From the human T2T-CHM13v2.0 reference genome, Homo sapiens, in the NCBI RefSeq assembly GCF_009914755.1, contig NC_060938.1: DNA of 64,000 nucleotides, one strand, 5' to 3'. The notes below the pieces were generated by a model, which worked only from the letters and a program-made list of their open reading frames with translations, had not been told where the DNA came from and did not search any database. Made by a program: the position numbers and the translations under genes. Of this stretch, positions 14,161-26,645 are shown one piece after another; positions within the stretch are counted from its first letter, which is position 1, and the number at the start of each line of letters is the position of its first letter.

Positions 14161-14506
14161 TGCCTTAGTCCCTTGGGCTGCTACAACAAAATACCTAAAC
14201 TGGGTATCTTATAAACAAACAAACAAAAAATTTACTTCTCATGGTTGTGGAGGCTGGCAAGTCCAAGACCAAGGTGCCAGCAGATTCGGTGTCTGGTGAG
14301 GGCCTGCTCTCTGGCTCATAGATGGCACCTTCTAGCTATATCCCCACATGGCAGACAGGACCTGGGGCTTATATCAGACCTCTTTTATAAAGGCACTAAT
14401 CTCATCTGTGAGGGCTTCAAAGGCCCCACCTCCCAATACCATCACCTTGGGGATTAGGATTTCAACATGTGAATTTGAGGAGGATGCAGACATTCAGACC
14501 ATGGTA
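14161..14506 (-). mobile_element. MLT1A0-like solo LTR inserted in a MIR
   Basis: TGCCTTAGTC...GGAGGCTGGCAAGTCCAAGA...CATTCAGACCATGGTA; TSD GGCAC/GACAC. Confidence 0.85.
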
Positions 14507-15197
14507 GACACTTTGTACAGATTTCCTCATTTATTCTGAAGAGCACACTTTAGGGGGTAAATATTACCCATTTTACAGAGGAGAAAACTGAATTGCTCAA
14601 AGAATTAAAGTGTCATTTAGTAAATCCTGGAGCAGCCTTCATCTGAACCTAAGTGAGCCTGATAGCACAGACCTTGATCTTTCTACTGTCTCATGTTGCC
14701 TTCTCGGAGTGAAGTTTCTATTTGCGACCTAATCACCCTCCCCACCCATTTCACACTCCTTCTCCCAGATCCTTCCGTAGAGGGAATGAGGGCAGAGGAT
14801 ATGGGCTTGAATCAAGGTCTAACCAAAGGGTGTGGGAGAAGAGTTCTTCAGACTAGGTTAAAGGGAGGAAAGGAACATGGGCTTAGGTGCCCAGTAAGTT
14901 ATGCCAGCCTGACTTTTGTACTTAGACCTCTATTGTCTCAGGAAAAGAATATATTGCCCTGTGAACAAAACTTAACATTTTTGCATTTGTTTTGCTTACT
15001 TACATTTTGCTTCTCAATGCCTAGGTTAAAATGTTGACTCACCTTAGCTGAATTAGAGAAGAGGAGAGAATTGTGGGGTAGCATCAGCAAGAAGGAGATG
15101 GGGGAGAGCCTGCCATCAGGGAGGCTCCTCCCTGGGTGTGGGAGGGAAGCGCAGGCATGGCGCGCCCCTGAGCACTAACACCCATGCTCCTTTGCAG

Positions 15198-15249
15198 GCT
15201 CCGTACTTCTGGCCTTCGAACTGCTGGGAACCTGAAAACACTGACTATG
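15198..15249 (+). CDS. RGS6: RGS6 exon 6, DEP/DHEX boundary, 52 nt
   Basis: tttgcag|GCTCCG...GACTATG|gtgaga; [17 protein letters not shown](A). Confidence 0.97.
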
Positions 15250-17110
15250 GTGAGAACTGAAGCCACTGGGAACTCTCAACTTCAACACTGTGTGTCACTT
15301 CTGGGGGTGCAGAAGACAAATGCTTGGTGTGGGCCATGGTGGTACATGGGGAGGAGGGTCCTTTCTGCTTAGTCCTTTCTCATATTGTTGCTATATAACA
15401 AATCTCCTGTTCCACATAACAGAGGAAGGCCCAGCTTACTGAAAGATGTAGTCCTTGGAGGGGAAGCAGGAGAGGGAAGAAAAATCTTATCAAGGGTGGT
15501 CAGTATGTTCATCTTGGGGCCATGGAGAACCAGGATCCCACAGCAACACTATCAGATGGTGACTTTTAATTGTTCTTTCCAGGGATAGGGCTTCAGGGAG
15601 GGCTGGATCAAGGGGCTACCTCCTCCTGGCCCTTTCTGTTCTCATAGACTTGTCAAAACTTACTAAGAACCTTTTGGTGTTCTTGACAGTTGCAATTTAG
15701 AAAAGAGACAGAGACCAGGGAGGAGTATACAGAAGTCACTCTGGACTAGGAAAATAGAGTGGGTGAAGTTGAGAGTTCTGTCTCTCTAGACAGGGACCTA
15801 CAAGACTTCTGCCAGATATTCTCAGTGGAGATTATTTAATATTCCTATATGCCAATTCTCTGAAGAAGTTTTATTATCGCTATGCTTAAGAGAAAGAACC
15901 TGAGGCCCAGAGGGGCCACACCCTCACACTACCACATTGTCTGAATGCTCCCTTGATTATAAGCCTCTTGAGGGCAGAGGCTGGTCCAGCTTATGCATTC
16001 TCATATCTCCAGGGCATAGCCTATGTCTGAGGCAGAATTAGTGCTCAGTAAATATCCACTGACAGTTCTGGTTCTTTATTGAAGGTGACCAACAGACACT
16101 CACTAGAGGGAGCAGAACTTGAACTCAGATCTGAGTGGCTCCAAAACCCATACTTCTTTCACGGTCCCATGTGTGACATGCCTGAAGGTTGTAGCTGCAG
16201 CACTGCCCCTTTGCATGCATCCTTGCTGCTGACTCAGCTGCTGTGGCAGTCTCATCTGTGGCTCTCCTTGGGACTGGGACACTCAATGAGACCTGCAGCT
16301 TCTTTGCAGAATTGTTTAAGACAAGAAGGCAGATGCAGCTGTGGTGAGTGGGAGGGAGATGTGCAGCTGGGTGGTGATCAGGGGAGCCTGTCTGGGAGAC
16401 CCATGGGATAAGATACAACCTTGGAGTCACACGTTTGAGCAAGAGGAAACCAACAACAGGGAGCCAAGCTGAGGATGGAATACAAGCGAGTTGTACCTAC
16501 TAAGGCTGGAGTTGTTCCATGGTCAAGTGTGGAGGACGTCAGTCATGCAGAAGGGCAGGCTCTGGGGCTGTCTGCTTGGCTATCCACAGGCACCACTGTG
16601 GGCCCTCTGACACTGTGCTGCACCCTAACCAATGTGATAAGTGGATCCAGGAAGACTTCCGACTGCAAGTGAGAGCTGCATTTGACCGCTCATAAAACTA
16701 GTGCTTCTGGGGCTGAAAAGACTGCTCATGAAAGCCCAACTCAGAATTTGAATAATTATAGCTCAGTTCCATGCAGCAACGTGTGCCCTTGTGAATGTGA
16801 AAACCAGTATTTTTCCAGGCAGTGGAGAGGGTGGGAGGATGGTAAGACCAGATACCTGGGCCCAAGTAAGATTAAAATATTTACTTCCGTAAAGCTTAGG
16901 GCATCTTATGCTGCATACTAAAGGGCATCATCTCCCTGTTCTACAGGTGTTCTTCATTTTATAATTTTAATTGTGCATCATGAACAGGGAGAGAAATAAT
17001 AGTTTGTTTCAGGCTCTCATTAAACAAAAATTATTTTAAATTCCTGTGCCTCAATTTATGGCAAATCAGAGGGAGAAATCAAGGTTCAGGATGCACAAGT
17101 GTTCACCAGG

Positions 17111-17272
17111 GACCAGGCATGGTGGTGCATACCTGTAATCCCAGTGACTCGGGAGGCTGAGATGGGAGGATCACTTGAGCCCAGGAGTTCAAAGCTGCAG
17201 TGAGCTATGATTGTGCCACTGCCCTCCAGCCTGGGTGATAGAGGAAGACCCTGTCTCTAAAACAAAGAAAAA
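17111..17272 (+). mobile_element. FRAM/FAM-like free Alu monomer
   Basis: Single arm: CCTGTAATCCCAG...GATCACTTGAGCCCAGGAGTTC...GACCCTGTCTCTAAAA. Confidence 0.82.
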
Positions 17273-19108
17273 CCAGTACTCCCCAGGGTTTCCAAAGCAG
17301 TTTAGTTAGAAAATCAGGATGTATTTATGAAGAGAGAATCCAGCACAATGAGCCCCCAGGATCAACCCGTTCCACTAGCTGGGTGATCTTGGCAAATTAC
17401 TTAACCTCTCTGTGCCTCAGAGACCTCATATTAAAATTAGAGTAGTAATGGCACTTGTCTCCTAGTGTTTTGTTAGGATTAAATGAAATGCATGTAAGGT
17501 TCTCTGAGTTAATACGGAGTGGTGGTTGGTATCACTACTGGGGTGGGGTCGGTATTATTGCCACTGGGATGTTGGTTGATATTATTATGACTGAGGTGAC
17601 CGTCTCACCAGGAAGCATGTGAAACTGAAGCTAAGAATTCAATATAGTATGATTTGGACTGATGAAGTACCAGAAACTTTCATTCACTTGACAAACGTTT
17701 ACTGGTCCCTACTCTGTCAAATTCTATGTCAGAGATTTGAATAAGTCACAGCCTTTCCCCGCAAGCATTCCAGGCTGGGAGAGGCAGCATGATGCAGGGA
17801 AGAAAGGCATGGTGAGGATCTGGCTTGAGTATTCAAAGGTTTTATGTGATGAATGACTGAGAAGGCTGAATAGCTTGGGAGGGGCAGGTTTATAAAAAGG
17901 CCTTGGCAGTCAAGTAGAGACATTTAGAATGGATTCAGCAGTTTGGGGAAGCTATTGTGGGTCCCCAACAATGAACACACTTTCCCAAGTTTTTTCCCTA
18001 CTTGGGAAAAAATTGGTTCATCTATAAGATGGGGGTAATAACAGAACCCACCTAGTAGGGTTATTATGAGGATTAAGTGGACTGTGGAAGATTAAGTAAG
18101 GGCTGTGACTTAGTCAAATAGTTCCTGATATTCAGTGGGCTCAATGGAAGCAGTAGCTGCTACGATGGTGATTTTTCCAGCACCTAAAACGGTACTTGGC
18201 CCATAGGAGACACTCAGTACATTTTTGAATGAGTGACTGAATGAATAAATGGATCGGTGAATGTCATAGAGGAAACTCTGCACTGGTCCTCGATTCTAAT
18301 TCCATCTCCATCACTAACTAGCCCTTGGGTCCATCACTTCATTTCTCTGGGCCTTTAGTTTCCCCATCTGTAAATGAGGGGCCTGTACTTGATGGTTGCC
18401 AAGGTTACCTCCAGTCTAAAATTCTTTGGTTCTAAAAAGTCATCAGAAAGTATGAGGAAAATAGAGAAATAAGTGAGTTATAGGTTCCCTAGTTTAGGAG
18501 ATTGAGGTACATAATGATGTTGCTAGTAAAGGCAGAAAGTAAAGAAAGGGGTCAGTTTCTTCAGTACATTGAAATTCGATAAGCTCAATATTTTTTAAGA
18601 AATTTAATTGCACATATAATACATGAATGTGTTCCCTTTATACAATTTTTAAATATGTCCCAGTTTTGTGTGGTGACACATGGTGAACTTGAGATGGCAG
18701 TGGATTTCTCTGAGTGAGATGTGAGATATAGGTAAGGGTGGAATGCCAGATGTAAGGACAAGGAAATAGAAATTTTTCGGTAAGAAATTAAATATCCAAG
18801 AGAAACCAATATCTGAGCTTAAGACAGTTCTTCCAGATGCCCTCTTGTAGGGCTGGCTATTGTCACCAGTAGTCACTAGAGTCGGTTGGAAGTTAGAGCA
18901 AGCCCTAGTGAGGGCACTCTGGGATGCAGACAAGCCCCAGGGAGTTCTGTGCCAAGAACAGCCACATCCCACCTTCCTCATTGTGGTGAAAAGATTCCTT
19001 GTGTGACTTTAGGCACAGGGACATTAGCTAGTAGCATGTGACCCTGTGACTCATGGCCATCAGGAGTGGCCCCAGCTCTGCATTCCATGCATGATAACTC
19101 ACTTCACA

Positions 19109-19148
19109 ACCCCGCTGTCCCATTTTGACCCCGCTGTCCCATTTGGAC
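19109..19148. repeat. 19-bp two-copy tandem repeat
   Basis: ACCCCGCTGTCCCATTTTG / ACCCCGCTGTCCCATTTGG. Confidence 0.85.
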
Positions 19149-20996
19149 ATTTCTTGGGATGACTCTGCCTGCATAAAACCCACAGTCAAATCCAGGTTAG
19201 CCTTTTCTGAGTTTTACATTTGGCCAGTGCAAAATCCTGTCCAGGGCAGCATTGTCAAAGCAGCTGCCACCTCCACTGACCTGCACTGCTCAAAGGTAAT
19301 CATGACCTGGCCCAGTCGAGCTGGTGACATGTCAAGCTTCCTGCCTGAGGTTGTCCCTAATTCTGCCAGGGGTCCAAGAGACTGAAGGAGGTACTTTGTG
19401 ATAGATCGGACACCCCTTTATCAGACACAGTGAAGCACTATAGCTGCTTGGTTCATTGGAAAAGTTGGTAAGTAGAAAATCATTTTTAAAACGACATATG
19501 CACACCTTAAGCACCTCATGTAAAGGTAAGATATACAAAGGAACACTCATTTGACAGCCTTGTGAAGTAGGACCAAAGTGTTCTCTTTGATTATGAGCTG
19601 AATAATTTTAGTTTCTTAAATCAACCGCACTCAAAATAAACTACCCTGTTTTGGTATCTTTAAAGTGCATCAAGAATGTAAAGACATTTTTGTAGTCTTT
19701 TGTATATTGGCCCCTCCTAGATTTTTATTATTTTTCTTACTTTTTCCTGTTATCTCACCTGTATCAAATTCACCAGCAATTGCCTTAGCTAACTCTCCTT
19801 CATTAAATTGTTCCAAACCATTCAACTGAGTTTTCATAGAAGCAACACTCTCTCTCTTTTCACATTAATTTCATTGAGACGTGTGATATTTAGTGAACTT
19901 GTGTGATTAAAATAACAGATGTGCCTGATATAAGCAGATTTGGGAACAACCACAACTGACTCTTATGAGCACACAATTCGCCGGGTGGAAGCAGAAGTGT
20001 GGGCATGCCAGAGGGTAGGCTGCTAGCTTCCAGGCTCCAAAATGTCATAGGTATCAGTAAATTTTTCAGAACAAATGAAGGAAGTTGGTTGATCCAGCAA
20101 AGAGTTGACTAGAGATCTCTTAGTAAAGAGATCTTGTTGTCCAACAACAAAATGATCACAGGTTCTCTCTGGCCCTCCCTCTTGATCATTCTGTTGTTCA
20201 TTTATTTATGCCATTCATCTACTGTTTTCCCTGGATTGTTCCACTTGGCTCTGGAGAAGGAGGAAGACATTGAAGAAGGAAAGGTAGGGAGAAGAAGTGA
20301 TGATGAAGGCCATGTTTGAGGAAGAAACAGGGAAACCAGGGGCCAAGAACCTTTCCTTAGCCTGAGTTGAGAGACCTAAATTGTCTTCCCTTTCCATAGC
20401 CTTTTTACTGCACCTGACAAGACAGGCTATGGTGCTAGCAACAGGGATGAAAGCTGAGCAGGACATAGCCTCTGCCCTTAAAGAGACTTCAGCCTAGAGC
20501 AGGGGACAGTCTAGTAAATACAGGATTTCAGTGCAATGGAATTTAGTTCCATGGTCAAGGACATGTAGATGCTATCTGAAACACCAACTTGGGTCTTCAA
20601 AGATTAGTAACAGGTTGCCAGATAGAGGGAAGGAGAGAAGAGAGAAAGACTTTCCTCAAAAAGGACACATATGCAAAAGAATGAAGCTGAAAAGAGTTTG
20701 GTGGCCTCACAGTGCCTGCATGAGGGAGAAGAAGTTGATGAGATAAGCAGTGAGCAGATCATAAAGAACCATATTTGCCACCCTAACGAGCCCAACCTTA
20801 CTTCTGAGGCCATTGAGGACTCCAGGCAGAGCTTTTAGGCACTGGAGTAATGTGGTCATGTTTGTGAAATATCACTCTGAGTGTAGGATGTTCAGGGTGA
20901 AGCAGAGTGAGGAGGAAGAAGGGGAGTTGTCAGGATTGGAATATGGAGGAGTCCTCATTTGATCATGACTATGAAAGGATTTATAGAGGTCAGGGG

Positions 20997-21082
20997 TCAT
21001 GAGGTCCACTTAGAAAACATATTTTTCCCAGGACAGTGCTCATGAGGTCCACTTAGAAAACATATTTTTCCCAGGACAGTGC
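20997..21082. repeat. Perfect 43-bp tandem duplication
   Basis: TCATGAGGTCCACTTAGAAAACATATTTTTCCCAGGACAGTGC at 20997-21039 and 21040-21082. Confidence 0.97.
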
Positions 21083-21116
21083 TGGGCACATAGCAAGGGT
21101 GGGTGGGCGGGCTGTC

Positions 21117-21283
21117 TGGATGGATGGATGGATGGATGGATGGATGGATGGATGGATGGATGGATGGATGGATGGTTGGGTGGATGGGTGGATGGGTGGA
21201 TGGATGGATGGATGGATGGATGGATGGATGGATGGATGGATGGATGGGTGAATGGGTGAATGGATGGACAGATGGATGGATGG
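21117..21283. repeat. (TGGA)n microsatellite with TGGG/TGAA interruptions
   Basis: Seen directly; ends about 60 nt upstream of the exon 7 acceptor. Confidence 0.97.
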
Positions 21284-21343
21284 GCTTATAATTCCATTGT
21301 GCTGCTGGTTTTGTACATGTTGTCATTTCCTTTCTTCCCTCAG

Positions 21344-21408
21344 CCATCTATCTCTGTAAGAGGACAATGCAAAATAAAGCAAGGCTGGAACTGGCAGATT
21401 ATGAAGCA
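21344..21408 (+). CDS. RGS6: RGS6 exon 7, DHEX, 65 nt
   Basis: ttccctcag|CCATCTAT...GAAGCA|gtaagt; (A)[21 protein letters not shown]. Confidence 0.97.
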
Positions 21409-21594
21409 GTAAGTATGATTATTTTCCAGGATACATATAAGAAGAGAGTAAAATCATATCTGCAGCTCCGTCTAAGTTTATTTTTTTTTTCTTTTGTCCC
21501 CCTTTTGTCCCTTTCAGACAGTGGAAGGGAAGTATCTTCTATTTCTCCTCCCTTGTTCTCAGCTCCTCTGACCATCACAATAAGATGGTGTTTT

Positions 21595-22462
21595 TACATA
21601 AATAACTCTTAAAACTCAACAATAAAAAAATAAGCAGCTCAACTTAAAAATAGGCTAATGACTTAACAGATATTTTACCAAAGAGGACACAAGGATGATA
21701 AATAAACCCATGAAAAGATGTCCAATATTATTAGCCATTTAGGAAATGCAGATTAAATCCGTGGTGAGATACTGTTACATACCTATTAGAATGGCCAAAA
21801 TAAAAAATACTGATGATACCAAGTGATGGTGAGGAAGTAGAACAACTGGAACTCTCCGCTTTGCTAGTGGTAATGCAAAATGGTACAGCCACTCTAGAAA
21901 ATAGCTTGGCAGTTTCTTATAAAGTTAAACATACACTTACCATATAACCAAGCAATCCCACTTGTATATACATACCCTAGAGAAATCAGAACTCATGTTC
22001 ACACAAACACCTATAAACTAATGTTCATACAAGCTTAATCTGTGATAACCAAAAGCTGAAAACAACCCAAATGCACTTTAACAGTTGAATGGTTAAACTA
22101 ACTGTGGTACATCCATACAATAGAATACTACTATGCAGTAAAAAGGAATGAACTGTTGATACACACAACCACTTGAATGAGTACCAAGAACATTATGTTG
22201 GGTGAAAGAAACCAATCTCAGGCCAGCCATTCCATTTATAGGACATTCTTGAAAAGATAAAACTATCATGATGAAAAGCAGATCAATGATTGCTAGTGGT
22301 TATGGATGGGGTAGGGAATTTTTGGAAGGTGATGGAACTGTTCTGTATCCTGATCGTGGTGGTGGTTGTATGAATCTATACATGTGTTAAAATTTACAGA
22401 CTTGTACAAAAGGAAAAAAGTCAAATTTACTACATAATAACATTTCAAATTAAAATTTTAAA
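21595..22462 (+). mobile_element. Old L1 (L1MC/MD-like) ORF2 end and 3' UTR
   Basis: GAAATGCAGATTAAA...AATGGTACAGCCACTCTAGAAAA...CCAAGCAATCCCACT...AAAAAGGAATGAACTG motifs. Confidence 0.85.
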
Positions 22463-23061
22463 TTGCACCTTTATACCCACTCTCCTGTGCTTAGTAGCAG
22501 AGGCAGAATCTAAGGGTAAAATTCAATTCAGAAAATAAGACAAGATGTGTGTCACATGAGGTATCTACTTCCCAGCTTTCTTACCTTCCTTCTCTATCTT
22601 TCTTCATAAGATGAGACTTCTTGCAAAAATTAGAGGCCCCACCACCAAACTTGGGTCCATTCCCATTTGACAGAGCCCAGAAACCAAAGCACTTGAAAAC
22701 TCATAGATCATTTAATTTTTTTTTTAACTTTTGGTTGCAAAATTTTTCCCCCAAACTGAACTTTACATGGGTCACAGAGAATGGGAGAAACTGGCTAAAC
22801 TTTCTTATACCTTCTACTTCCCTCTCCCTATATGTCTTCCAAAGGATGTGCTGCTGAGCCATGAATGACTGAAGGGCCAGCAGCTATGGAAGGAGGGGCA
22901 ACATTAAGGGGAGCAGAGAATCCTTCCCTGGATAGTCCAGCATTAACAGCATCTTCAGACCCACCCACCGCCAAAGCCCTTCCTGCTTTTACTGCCTCAG
23001 TCTTTCAAAACAAGTGTGAGGCCCCACTCTGCCAGGCCTTACCTCTCCTAGGTTCATGTTC

Positions 23062-23095
23062 CCAAGCCTACCAAGCCTACCAAGCCTACCAAGCC
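23062..23095. repeat. (CCAAGCCTA)n 9-mer minisatellite, about 3.8 copies
   Basis: Seen directly. Confidence 0.9.
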
Positions 23096-23699
23096 AGCTG
23101 GGCCACTGCTCCCCTCTCTACAGCCCAAGTGTGAATGCGCATGCCATTGGGGAGCAGGACGTGTGCATGGTCCTTCACCTCTTTGATCCCACTGGCATTG
23201 TGGACCTGTGAATGGGGTGCAGGGGGCCAGAAGAGGAAGAAGCAGTGCAGCAGTTTGTCCAGAGCCCTCAGGACCTGGCTAGAGTTTGCATTATCAGATG
23301 ATCATATGTTGGAATATTATGATCTCCCCAGATAAACCTTGGCCTGGTTGTTCTGTGGCTCTGGACATCCTGGGAGCCCAGTCATGCCCCTGTCTGCCCC
23401 AATGCCCAGCAATCACAGCACCCCTCCTTCAAAAGACTGCTGTTGTACTCTTTGTGCGCCCAGTGCAAGTAGCTTTGACATGATGACATTACCTCCTTAA
23501 CACAACCTTGAGGAAAGGCCCAGACAGTAGAAGCCTGGGGCCCCTCCCTCCTGTGTGTCTCTTCCCCATATTTTCAATGTTTTGGAAAAAGGTCCCATAC
23601 AGAAATCAGACAGCATCAACTCCTGCTGTATTTGATTCAATTTCTCTTCTCTTGTCCCTTAATGTTCTGCTCTGGTATTTGTAAAGAATATGGCATTGA

Positions 23700-24027
<328 letters not shown>

Positions 24028-24794
24028 TCAAAACCAAAAAAGCATTTTGCTTCCAAAATGCAATAATTTTTTTATGAATTTTCTGATTACATATTCTTTT
24101 TACAAAAACAAAAATTCAAACAGCAAAGAAAGGAGAGAATATAACCTGTGACTCCCCCTCACCTAAGTTTTTTCTATGCATACATTTTTTTCTTTACAAA
24201 ACTATATCAGAATCATAACATAAACATTCTTGTGGCAGCTGCTTCTCTTTCCCCAGTCATTATACTGTAGGTATCTCGGGGTCTTTACCATGTCAGTAAC
24301 TATAATCTACGTTATTGTGTTTAATGGCTGCCTAGAATTCTATGCTATGACTGTGTCACAGTTGATTGACATTTAGGCATTACCAGTTTTGCTTCCTATG
24401 AGCAGTGGAAGAGTCACAAAGACAGTTTTTAGAAGTACTTTCACACCAAGCCTGGGTGATAACTGTGAGCTCATGTGTGGTACTCTCCAACTGAAGCTCC
24501 TTTTATATTAATAATCCATTAATGAGGGTAATCAATTCGTGTTGGCATGAGCTCTATGAAAATACATAGCATAATATGGGCTCCGGCCTTGCATTCATCA
24601 GAATTAGGAGGATCATTAGGGCGCCTGTCAAACTCCCCTCCTCGCTGCCCATCCTCATGTTCCATTAGGTAACTCTACAGACTTAGAGAAAATACTTTTC
24701 TTTTTCTCTAACGGCAGCCCTCAATGACTTTTCTTTCTGTTTTGGGCTTTTTCTTTCATGAACATCACAAACGTAGACACTCCGTTTGGGGCAC

Positions 24795-25098
24795 TTTTTT
24801 TTTTTTTTTGAAACAGTTTCATTCTTGTTGCCCAGGCTGCAGTGCAGTGGCAGGATCTCGGCTCACTGCAACCTCCCCACCTCCCGGGTTCAAGCGACTC
24901 TCCTCCCTCAGTCTCCCAAATAGTTGGGATTACAGGCACCTGCCACCATGCCCAGCTAATTTCTGTAATTTTAGTAGAGATGGGGTTTCACCCTGTTGAC
25001 CAGGCTGGTCTGGAACTCCTGACCTCAGGTGATCCACCTGCCTTGGCCTTCCAAAATGCTGCGATTACAGGTGTGAGTCACCACACTCAGCCTCGGCC
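24795..25098 (-). mobile_element. AluS (Sq/Sx-like)
   Basis: Full Alu reverse complement, about 500 nt upstream of exon 8. Confidence 0.92.
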
Positions 25099-25592
25099 AC
25101 TTTGAATCCTGACATTAGAAAAAGCATGAAAGCCAGGTCCCTTTGGTTTTCCTTTCCTGTGTCCTTCCCAGCTCCCCACTGGAAGAGGAGTCCTGAGAAA
25201 TCCAGCCTTTGGTTTTGCTCCTGGAGATACCAGCAGGTGGCAAAGACTCGTTAATTCCCCAATAACCACAGACAATTTTCCCGATTTTCAGCAACCTTTG
25301 AAACAAGTGCTGTGTGAGTTGCATTCTTGTAAAACACCTTCATGAAGAGAGGAATCAGGTGAACCATAGAGACTTCAGACTTAATGGGTGTGTAAATGAA
25401 TATTAATAGTTCAGCTCTGTACGGAGGGTCTGGCGCAAAGTCAAATGGGATACATGTCCAGGGGATTTAAAGCAGGTCTTGCTATTTTGTTGGAAGTAAC
25501 CAAAATTGATGGATGCCTTATAATAAGCATAGGTGTCGATGTGCTAATTTACGATGATTAATGCCGCCTTGTTGATTTTCATTTCTCATTAG

Positions 25593-25669
25593 GAAAACTT
25601 AGCAAGACTCCAGAGGGCCTTTGCGAGGAAGTGGGAATTCATCTTTATGCAAGCAGAAGCACAAGTAAA
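25593..25669 (+). CDS. RGS6: RGS6 exon 8, DHEX, 77 nt
   Basis: ctcattag|GAAAAC...GTAAA|gtaggt; ENLARLQRAFARKWEFIFMQAEAQV(K). Confidence 0.96.
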
Positions 25670-26181
25670 GTAGGTGAACTTGATAGAGACCTTTTCAGAG
25701 AGGAAAAGACTCTGGAATTTGGAAATGGTGTGAAGGTGGGATTGTCAAAGTGAAGTTTCCAGATGGCGTTAGTATTTCTAATAGGGCCTGAGAGCAACTG
25801 AGTAGAAATTAAAGTCAGGATGGATAAGTTTCGTCTTCATAATCAATGCTTCTCTAAAGCAATTTCAGAAATGTGTGTTTCAGCAGACAAGGGAGATCCT
25901 CCCAAAGGTAGAACTCTGGTTATAAGAAGGTGTACCTATTTCCCCAAGAGATTTCCAGTTATTTTCTGTGTTCAAAGGCTGAAATCCCATTTTACCCATT
26001 GGACTGGAGATTTTGTCTTCATGGGAAAACAGGTTGGAGTTTTAGGAAGAACAACAAGTAGCCCCTGTCTTCTTTTCCCTGACAGGGGAGGAGTTTAGAA
26101 CCAACAGAAAAAGAAGGCACAGAAGTCAGACAGTTGGAGTCCAAAATATCAGATTATTACATTAATTAAAAGCAAGAGTAA

Positions 26182-26645
<464 letters not shown>

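Noticed and set aside
20997-21347. (IHPS)n and (MDGW)n ORFs
   Set aside because: Translations of the (TGGA)n microsatellite
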